This document shows positions 50,771 through 59,707 of a DNA stretch of 64,000 nucleotides, piece after piece. The notes under the pieces are model-generated. The model searched no databases. It saw nothing but the letters and a program-made list of their open reading frames with translations, and had not been told where the DNA came from. The translations under genes and the position numbers were made by a program. Positions within the stretch are counted from its first letter, which is position 1, and every line of letters starts with the position of its first letter. This stretch comes from Owenia fusiformis (lineage: Eukaryota): NCBI GenBank assembly GCA_903813345.2, contig CAIIXF020000001.1, positions 29,698,001-29,762,000 of the forward strand, given 5' to 3'.

Positions 50771-51258
50771 GTATTTGAAGTCAGTCATAAACAGGATTCC
50801 TACCTGGAAATGACAGGCAAATGAATTTTTCCACCACCAGGAAATGTTGGGTAATTTGGAAATTAGAACAAAGGGCCTAAATGTTGGGAATTGAAGTAAA
50901 AATATATCTTGGGAATTCAGGGAATTTTGTATCAAAGCTGAAAAATATAAAAATAAAAAATATAGCCTGTTTATAAAGTTATTGATATGCATGTAGTTAA
51001 CAGTAAACACTTTGATCTATCCTTTTTCTAGTTTGGTACCACTTCTTAAAAGATGGTTGATACATGTTTACCTTTTTTACTCCATTTTAAAACCTAGTAA
51101 TATAAGATTTGTTACAAAAGTGTAACAATTTGTCACTGATGCCAACTGCTGACACTGACTGCAAAACACTAGACACCACTTCTTTATGATTGCTTAAAAA
51201 TGTAAGACACTACCATGCTTTAATACATAGAATTGGTTATGACATTACTAAGATATTG

Positions 51259-52283
51259 ATTATCCCATCGAACGAAGTTCGGAGGGATATAGGGAACGCC
51301 TCCGTCCGTCCGTACGTCCGTACGTACGTCCGTCCGTCCGTACGTACGTCCGTCCGTCCGGGCAATAACTCAAATACCGTTGGCCCGATTTTGTTCATAT
51401 TTTGTACACATATACCCTATGGGGGTAGAAGTTCTGCTCGACGAAAGCCGATTTTCAAAATGGCCGCTCATTTCAAAATGGCAGCCATTTTAGTGACGAT
51501 TTTACAGTAATTTAGGTGCAATATGTAAAACTGTAATAGCAATATGTTTTAAATGTAAAAAAATTATAAAGGACATTAATAATGCTACAAATGTAGATAT
51601 TAAAGAAGCACATGGCAGCCATCTTGAAAAATGGCGACCTTTACTCATCATTTTACGATTTTTGCTGTAACTCAAAAAGTAGTGGAGCGATTTTGTTCAT
51701 ATTTGGTATGTGAATACTATAAGCATTGCACACTGTCTAAAGACACTTTTGGTAGAAGGCAGCCATTTTTCAAAATGGCCGCCATTTTAACATATTTTAC
51801 TATAACTCGAAAAGTAGTGGAGCGATTTTGTTCATATTTGGTATGTGAATACTATAAGCATGGCACACTGTCCTATGACACTTTTGGTAGAAGGCGGCCA
51901 TTTTGAAAACAATTTTGAAAAATGGCCGCCATTTTAACGTATTTAACTATAACTCGAAAAGTAGTGGAGCGATTTTGTTCATATTTGATATGTGAATACT
52001 TTAAGCATGGCACATTGTCTAATAAAACTTTAGAGAGTAGTCGGCCATTTTGAAACATGGCCACCATTTTTATGTGTGTTATTTTACAAGTACGTGTGCG
52101 ATTTTACAAGAGGTGGCTACTTAAAAGCATATTATTTCTTCTGATGACAACTTGGCTAGTGAGCAACCATTTTGAAAATGGTGGCCTTTCTGGTGTGTTG
52201 TTTTATGATATTTGCGCTTCGTTTGTAAAAATGCCAGCCATTTCTGTTCGATGGGATTCGCTACGCTTTGGCGTTGCCGTTGT
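51259..52283 (+). mobile_element. HINE-like element with (CGTC/CGTA)n microsatellite and ~3 core repeats of ~130-145 bp
   Basis: subTIRs ATCCCATCGAAC (51262-51273) and GTTCGATGGGAT (52246-52257); repeated AAAAGTAGTGGAGCGATTTTGTTCATATTTG units; 3' hairpin. Confidence 0.8.
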
Positions 52284-52359
52284 TCTGGTTAAACAATTGT
52301 CTTGCCACCATTACATAGAATCTTATGAATCAACTCCTTGCTTAACCTGCATTTTGTAG

Positions 52360-52505
52360 GGCTTTAGAAGTGTTCAGGAAACATGGCAGTAAGATGACAG
52401 AGATACTGAAGCTCCAGCATGAAGAGATGGGATGTAGCCATGCTTTGAGTGGCCCACTAAGGTTCCCTAACACTTGCTGCATCTGGGTGAATGCAAATCA
52501 AGATG
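52360..52505 (+). CDS. TRIT1: TRIT1 exon 5
   Basis: ALEVFRKHGSKMTEILKLQHEEMGCSHALSGPLRFPNTCCIWVNANQD; acceptor TTTTGTAG|; phase-1 donor G|GTAGGT. Confidence 0.9.
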
Positions 52506-52907
52506 GTAGGTTCCTCACATTTTCTGATATATTTTTAGAGAAAGATTATCAATATTTAAGAAATATAGACCGAAGAGCAGGTATTATTATATCGACGATT
52601 AAATACCACTGGGCTACACACAAACGTTTTCTCTACCCTGAAAGACCGAAAGGAGTGAGGGGTTCAAAGCTTTTGTCTAGCCCTAAGGTATTTATTTCTC
52701 GAAATAATACCTGATCTGAGGTCTATATTACGATTTGAATGTGAAAACGCACCAAAATTTTGAAAAAGCATCACTTCATTTTCTACTTCTGGTTTACCCC
52801 CCTATCACACCAAACTAGTTCTTACCCGTTCTTGCCAGTCCTACGAAAACGTCGTAAAACGGGCTCAATCTGGCTGTGGTCGGGAAATATGTCTGAAATA
52901 ATTAGCT

Positions 52908-55900
52908 GCATGAAATAATTTACTGCATGAATGACTTTGGTGATTCTATCTGGGTGGAAGTTAAAATCAATTTTAAATCAATTCTTTTTGGCACATACTA
53001 TCGTTCACCATCTCAAAACCAAGCTGAGACTCAGGATTTTTTTAGTAGATTTTCCATTACATGTAGTAAATTGCTTCACTCTAAAATAGACTTAATGTTG
53101 ATAAAAGGTGATTTTAATGCCAGGTGTAAAAGCTGGTGGGCATTAGATAATGAAAACTCAGCAGGTAAAATATTATATGATTATTCAGAGTCGTTGGGTC
53201 TTTTTCAACTTATAGATGAGCCGACACGAGTTACAAATTTAAGTAGGTCATGTATTGATCTTTTATTTACAAACAACCCCGATCAAATAAGCAATACAAC
53301 AATTAAACCTCCAATTGGATACACAGATCATAGTACTTTATCTACTGACTGTTGTTTTACTACTTTGAAAGAGGCGCCATACTCAAGACGGGTTTGGTAC
53401 TATTCCAAAACAGATATTACATTACTTAACAGTACAATACGCGAAGCAAATTTGGAACAGTTAATAGAATCGGTAAACGATATTGATAACCTTGTGGAAC
53501 AGCTCAGCGATAACCTTTTGAAAATATTCTCTGACCTGATCCCAAACTCAGTAATTAAATTCAAATCCACTGACAAACCTTGGTTTAATGACAAAATTAA
53601 AACCCTGATAAATAAAAGAAATAAGTTACATTATAAATTTAGAAAAACCCATAACTTGACCTACCTTCAAAAATACAATGAACAATGCACAATAGTTGAC
53701 AATGCCATAGAGGAAGCTAAGCAAATTCATGATTCAAATTTGCGCCACAAGCTCAATTCGTATAAACATGGAAGCATGTCTTATTGGTCCATCATATCAA
53801 AACTTTTGGGAAGATCTAAAAATTCAAAAATACCGTTTTTGTTTGACCACAATGGAAATTGTATTTCCAGAGGCAATGAGAAGGCAAATTTATTTTTGGA
53901 ACACTTCATAAAAAACTTTCATTTAGATGGAGAAGCTGGAAATATTTCTTTGAATCTCAGAACTCCAAATCAAATTGACATACTTTCGACCCATGAATCC
54001 GAGATTTTTGAAACACTACTTTCATTAAACATAAATAAAGCAACCGGCCCTGACATGATAAGTAATAGAATGTTAAAAATGGCAGCACCAGCCCTCTCTC
54101 CCATTTTATCTAAACTGTTCAACAAAATGTTTATTCTTCAAACCTTTCCTCAAAAATGGAAAATTGGGCATATTTTACCTGTTCATAAAAAGGGTGATAA
54201 ATCTAATATTCAAAATTTCCGTCCAATCACCCTCCTTTGTTGTATTTCAAAAATAGCTGAACGTATCATTTTCAAACGATTATTTGACCATCTACTATCA
54301 AATGACCTATTTTACAATCTTCAAAGTGGGTTTCTGCCAGGGCACAGCACTCAGGCTCAATTATTAAGCATTATTGATTTTATAACAAATGAAATAGAAT
54401 CTGGGGGAAATGTAAGGGGGGTTTATTTAGACATTTCAGCTGCGTTTGACACCTTACCTCATTCTTTGCTACTAAAAAAACTTGAATCTTATGGAATTGG
54501 CCCAAGTATTCTATCACTTTTAGCATCATATCTTTTTAAGAGACAAGCAAAAGTTATCCTTGATGGTCAAGAGTCTGTTTTGAGCGATGAGGATTATATA
54601 AATGCTGGCGTTCCACAAGGCTCTATTCTTGGACCCCTACTCTTCCTGATTTATATAAATGATCTCCCTGAAACCTTATCAAGCAAATGCTATATTTATG
54701 CAGATGACACATCTCTATACCAACCATATTCCAAATCTCATTGAAAGTAACACAATTTTACAATCTGATCTTAATTCAATTTTCCAATGGTCCAAGACAT
54801 GGAAAATGAACTTTAAGGCCTCTAAAAGCAAAGACATAATTTTCTCAAACCCAAGGAAATGTGAATATAACGTTCCTGACCTCAAAATTGGTAATGATGT
54901 TCTACCTCGAGTTGATCATCATAAACATTTAGGTCTCATACTAGACAAACACCTAACTTTTGACCAACACATCACAGAGCTCACCAAGAGGATTGATAAA
55001 CTATTAAACCCACTTAAATCTCTAAGCAACAAATTAAATGGAAAACACCTGGAATTAATCTTCAAATCTTTCATACTTCCAATTTTCGACTATTGCGATA
55101 TTCTTTATGGTTGTGCAAATATGAATAAATTAAAATCCATTGATCAATTATACTACAAAGCAGCCTGCATTTGCTCAGGTGTACTACATGGAACATCTTC
55201 AACAAAAGTCTTTAACTGCTTAAATTGGCCAAAGCTATCTGATAGAAGACAAATGCATAGACTTTTCCTGATGTACCGAGCTTACAACAATAAACTTCCA
55301 TCCTACGTTTTGAGCATTTTTAATCAATATCGTAGAAATCTTCCATCAATAACACGAAGAAGTCGTGACTACCAAATTCCAATCAAAACCTCAACATTTT
55401 CAAATAGATCATGCGTATTTAAATCCATCATTGACTGGGAGTCTCTCCCACCCGAAATTAAAGAATCACCAAATCTAAATATTTTTAAATCGAATGTAAA
55501 GAAAAAATTAATGACTACTTATATCATTAATTCCTCTGAGATCTCCTTGACAAGGAGCCAAGAAATTTCTCTGAACAAGGTGCGCTGTGATCTGATCTTC
55601 CAGTCCCATTTTTACGCCCACAATTTTACTAATGTACCATCCCCTACATGCAAATGTGGGTATAGCAATGAAACATCCATTCATGTCATGTTCTCTTGTA
55701 ACCTTAGATCACAATATCTTAAAGATTTAGAGGATGCACTTACTCTTCTAAATTTTAATTACCCAGCATTTAAAAACCAGCAAGACAAATTATCATTGTT
55801 TTTGTATGGAGACAGAAGTCTGCCAAAAGAAGTTAATATTGAAATTTTAAGGCTCACCTCAGCTTTTATTCAAAGGTGTGCAAGCGTGTAAGTATTTCTT

Positions 55901-56093
55901 CCACCACCAACTGTATAATTTTGTACACAATAATTCTTTTGTTTATTGCAAATTCATTGTCATACTTTCTTTTTAAATCTTGTTATTATTTAATTGTGGC
56001 TTATAATGCTTCATTGCAAAGCCGCAACATGTGTATGTAATAATTCTATTTTACTATGAAATAAATCAAATATAAAAAAATAAAAAAAAATAA
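52908..56093 (+). mobile_element. 5'-truncated non-LTR retrotransposon (CR1/L2-type LINE) in TRIT1 intron 5
   Basis: Partial AP-endonuclease (YRSP, GDFN, IDL, TDH), RT (FRPITLL, QSGF, LDISAAFD, GVPQGSILGP, YADD), C-terminal CxC..ET..H....C motif, A-rich tail at ~56072-56093, and a 12-bp TSD AAATAATTAGCT at 52896-52907 and 56094-56105. Confidence 0.95.
52927..55891 (+). pseudogene. LINE ORF2 (endonuclease-reverse transcriptase), N-terminally truncated, one frameshift near 54730
   Basis: ORFs 52927-54744 and 54659-55891 join by a single +1 shift just after YADDTSLYQPY, continuing into LQSDLNSIFQWSKTWKMNF. Confidence 0.9.
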
Positions 56094-56990
56094 AAATAAT
56101 TAGCTTCTTCGTTCTTAAACAGTCTTCAATACGTCCATCTCGTTCGCAGTTCGTTCAGGTCGCACCACATCGGTGTGCAACGTCGTAGAACGCGTCCCTT
56201 AGTCTAGAAGGTCAACATGACCTGATTACAGAACGGTATGGTCGCCATCGAATTTTGAATCGATTCAAAATTCTAAAATCACATTCCCGTCTGAGAACGT
56301 TCATAAATTTCGTAAATAGACCTTAGAAAGTTGCAGCTACGTTCACTCCGTTCGCACACAGTTTAAAACCAGTTTTGAAGAACGCAGTGGCAACTTGTTT
56401 GGTGTGATAGCTTTATTTTTGCTAACTCGTTCATAAGCAGTGTTAAATATGTTCTTAATCAGTTTAAACCCGTTTGCAATTAGTTCTACCTCGTTCTCAA
56501 CACGTCCTCAGACAGTTCAACTCGTTGTTAAAACGTTCCTAGTAGGATTGAAGTACGACAGTTCCGTTCGTAGTACGTCCAGCTCGTCATTAGTACATTG
56601 TCATTCGTTCTAATTGTAGAACGTGACGACCATGAGAACATTTTGAGCATTGTCTAAGTTCTAGAGGACCTACCCGTTCGAGTACGTTCGATGAAGTTTG
56701 TAAATAGATCCCAAACGGTTTTTAGTAGGTCCAGTCCGTTCGTACACAGTTTTCGAGAACGTAGTGAGAACTAGTTTGGTGTGATAGTAGGGTTAGCGTT
56801 TAGCTTTGAGAAAACACTTAGTACAGACCAGGTATTGTATTAACGAATTAATACTGGGTGAAATATTGACTTTGTTTGCAGTTTATAGAAAGTGTAAATA
56901 CAGTCATGTCCGAACGATTATTAAACCCTCAATTAACAGTCATAACACTGAACATATTTTTCTCAGCCACTCATATTTTTGATATTCCAG

Positions 56991-57102
56991 TATTGGATGA
57001 TCGCATCAACAACAGAACAGAAGATATGATCTCAAGGGGTCTGCTACAAGAGCTTACAGGTTTCCATGACAACTACAATAAGCAGAGGCTTCAGGAAAAC
57101 AA
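56991..57102 (+). CDS. TRIT1: TRIT1 exon 6
   Basis: VLDDRINNRTEDMISRGLLQELTGFHDNYNKQRLQENK; acceptor TTCCAG|; phase-2 donor AA|GTAAGG. Confidence 0.92.
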
Positions 57103-57394
57103 GTAAGGGAAATATCCCATTTCTAATTTTCATTTCAAACATTATAATGAGGTCATCGATATTCTGAATGTGGAACCATTAATGTGTTCCAGTTGACACT
57201 AGCATACAAAGAGAGCATTTATTTTACACTAGGATAGCTTGACTATATATTTAACCTGAGGGATATATCCCTTAGAATATTCAGTGATACCTTCAGTGGA
57301 TATATGATATAAAAGGGCATCTAAAGACATGAGTGGGTGTAAAAGGACCAACAAACACAGGAACATACTGTCATTGAAATTCCTTGAATTCCAG

Positions 57395-57513
57395 GGCTCC
57401 AGATTACACTCACGGAATCTTCCAGAGTATTGGTTTCAAGGAGTTCCACCAATATTTGATCCTGTCAGAGGATGAGAAGAACTCGGAAAGAGGGAGACTA
57501 TTGTTCAAAGAAG
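57395..57513 (+). CDS. TRIT1: TRIT1 exon 7
   Basis: APDYTHGIFQSIGFKEFHQYLILSEDEKNSERGRLLFKE (conserved GIFQSIGFKEF); acceptor TTCCAG|; phase-1 donor G|GTAAAC. Confidence 0.94.
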
Positions 57514-57807
57514 GTAAACCATTCTAGTGCTTTAGTGTTGGATAAAATCTAATACAGAGTTGAAAAATGGACCTAGTTTTTTTACTGAACTAATGTCTCA
57601 TTGAACTGGTTACAGTGTCTCAAATAATTGGAATGAGAAATTGTGTTGAAAAATGTTTTCATTGTCTTAAACTCATCTGAAACTTGGATGTCAATGTGGA
57701 GGGAATGTACAAAGAGAATAGTTTGAGCCACTGGAGTTTCTGTTTGAATAGACATGATTGTATGAAGAATTTTAATGTTGACAACATCAACAAATGAATA
57801 CATATAA

Positions 57808-57992
57808 CAGGCCCATAGTCAGGATTTGCCAAGGAGGGTTCACTTTTTGAAAAATTCCAGGGGGGGTTCATTTTTGAAAATTTTGGTCCAATTTTTGGCC
57901 TAAATCACATAAAAATGCTCAGAATAGTAAAAAACTGCATGATTTTGAAAGAATTTTTGGCCGGGGGGGAGGTTGAACTGGCTACGGGCCTG
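57808..57992. mobile_element. CAGG-ended MITE with 5-bp TSD (hAT5-like)
   Basis: TATAA|CAGGCCCATAGTC ... GGCTACGGGCCTG|TATAA; internal GGGTTCACTTTT repeats. Confidence 0.75.
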
Positions 57993-58038
57993 TATAATAA
58001 ACATAATCAACATAAAGATGTACTCTTTAACTTTGCAG

Positions 58039-58116
58039 GTAAAGAACAGTTACAATTGGTAACTAGAAGATATGCTAGGAAACAGAAAAAGTGGATAACA
58101 AACAGATTTTTAAAGA
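58039..58116 (+). CDS. TRIT1: TRIT1 exon 8
   Basis: GKEQLQLVTRRYARKQKKWITNRFLK (conserved TRxYARKQxxW); acceptor TTTGCAG|; phase-1 donor A|GTAAGT. Confidence 0.94.
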
Positions 58117-58133
58117 GTAAGTGCAGATGATAG

Positions 58134-58253
58134 TTTTTATTTCACCACCAGAAGTGGTGACATTTGTACTGTCTTCAACTTTTTTGTGACGGTGGTCTGA
58201 GTTCGGTTTCTGTAACAAATGCCAGGTGGTGACACTTTGTATGTTAATGCCTT
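58134..58253 (+). mobile_element. Core-less short copy of the same HINE family, in TRIT1 intron 8
   Basis: TTCACCACCAGAAGTGGTGACAT ... CTGTAACAAATGCCAGGTGGTGACACTTTGTATGTTAATGCCTT. Confidence 0.72.
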
Positions 58254-58460
58254 AGAATTATTTCAATGTAATGCAATCTGTGTTGTTGATTCATAATTAG
58301 ATAAATTTCACATTTATTACACATTTACACAAAAAATGTTCAGTTTTAAACATTTACACAAAAATGTTCAGTAATTGCACATTTACTCAAAATGTTAACA
58401 TTTATTACATATTTTGCTGAAATATCCATTGCTACTTTAATGTGTATATTTCTGTTTCAG

Positions 58461-58567
58461 GGCCTGGGGAGGCTCCTCCTGTGTTTGCTGTAGACTCCAC
58501 ATATCCAGATCAGTGGGAGAAAGATGCACAGAAACCTGCTTTCTCTGTGGTAGAGGCTTTCTTGAAG
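58461..58567 (+). CDS. TRIT1: TRIT1 exon 9
   Basis: RPGEAPPVFAVDSTYPDQWEKDAQKPAFSVVEAFLK; acceptor TTTCAG|; phase-0 donor AAG|GTTAGT. Confidence 0.9.
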
Positions 58568-59136
58568 GTTAGTTAAGACTAAAGAATAATATATTATATG
58601 TTCTATATGTAAGATGAACATGTATGCTCTTGAAGTGTATGTTTTAAGTGTATGTCTTTATGTGAAGTACTTATATGACAATGTTTGAAGTTGAAGTTTA
58701 TTCTGAGTAGAATGCAAACTGTTCTTTAAATCCAAAACAGATCCTCAAAGATCAATCCTGGATTAACCTAATGAGAATACAAATGTATTGGAAAAAATAT
58801 ATTTACTTTCTTTCAAACTATGGAACTTCGAGATATGGAGCTGTACACTAGTCATGTAGCAATGTCCTCAGTATTTCTTTCTACAAAAAATGAAGATTGA
58901 GATTTTCAGGATACCATTCCTCGATCATCAAATCCTAAAAAATCATATGTCTATGTTTGTGATTATATGTGAGAATGTTTGATGGTGAAGTTGAGATGTA
59001 TGAACACATCAAAAGCCTGAGATTATATTTAATGAGTATTATTTAAAAAATATATTTCCTCTGAACAGTTCAAATACAATCAAGGCCAAATCACCCAGCA
59101 TTTCTACTTCAGTCTATTGCATGAGTATGTTTTCAG

Positions 59137-59251
59137 GGAGAGGACTACCCAATAGAGCCACTTCCACGAGGGGACAACAGTGCAAATCAACCTGAACATA
59201 ATGTCTGTGAGGCATGTGAAAAGGTTTTCTTAACCAAGCAACAATGGGCAG
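59137..59251 (+). CDS. TRIT1: TRIT1 exon 10
   Basis: GEDYPIEPLPRGDNSANQPEHNVCEACEKVFLTKQQWA: CxxC half of the C-terminal zinc finger of eukaryotic tRNA-IPTs; acceptor TTTTCAG|; phase-1 donor G|GTATTC. Confidence 0.9.
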
Positions 59252-59549
59252 GTATTCAGGACTTAATTTTCTTGAAATTGTTTTCTTGTTTTAACATTAT
59301 GATTGCTTAATTTAGAGAAAAAATACCATGAATTCAGAAATTCTGTCCATATATACAATATTCACTATGCTACATTATGTACCATATTAGAATATAATTG
59401 TATGAGAAATCACTTTAAGTCGTTAAGTAAATTCATAATAAAAGAACTATACACAGAAAGATGACAGCTACTGTGTATTTCTTGTATAGAAATAACTACA
59501 TATCAGAAATATTGTCAGTAGATGTTACACGTAAAGTGTTTTGTTTCAG

Positions 59550-59707
59550 ACCATACTAAAAGTAGGAAACACCAAAAAAGGCTTGCTAAATGGAAACACA
59601 ATAGGAACAAAGCTGACTCAAATGAACATACAAATAAGACTGACAATAGTGATGGGGATAGTGTTAATGAACTCAATAAAAATGACACCATTGCTGGTCC
59701 AAGTTGA
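59550..59707 (+). CDS. TRIT1: TRIT1 exon 11 (terminal)
   Basis: DHTKSRKHQKRLAK... completes the C2H2 finger (HxKSRKH); acceptor TTTCAG|; TGA at 59705-59707. Exon lengths sum to 1440 nt = 479 aa plus stop. Confidence 0.9.

Larger units (their letters stand above)
52797..56792. mobile_element. Non-autonomous TIR DNA transposon (~0.8 kb without the nested LINE), TTA TSD, tentatively PIF/Harbinger-like
   Basis: TIRs CCCCCCTATCACACCAAACTAGTTCT and AGAACTAGTTTGGTGTGATAGTAGGG, with TTA directly flanking both sides (52794-52796, 56793-56795). Internal partial TIR copy at ~56394-56410. Confidence 0.75.

Noticed and set aside
50603-51010. 135-aa minus-strand ORF (and 28054-28245)
   Set aside because: Antisense shadows of TRIT1 exons 4 and 1.
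52335-52347. U12-like branch motif (TCCTTGCTTAAC) before TRIT1 exon 5
   Set aside because: The matching donor (GTATTTG at 50771) is not U12 consensus; treated as a U2 intron.
54720-54745. Programmed frameshift in the LINE ORF
   Set aside because: It falls in the middle of the RT domain with no slippery heptamer; a simple indel or sequencing error is more likely.
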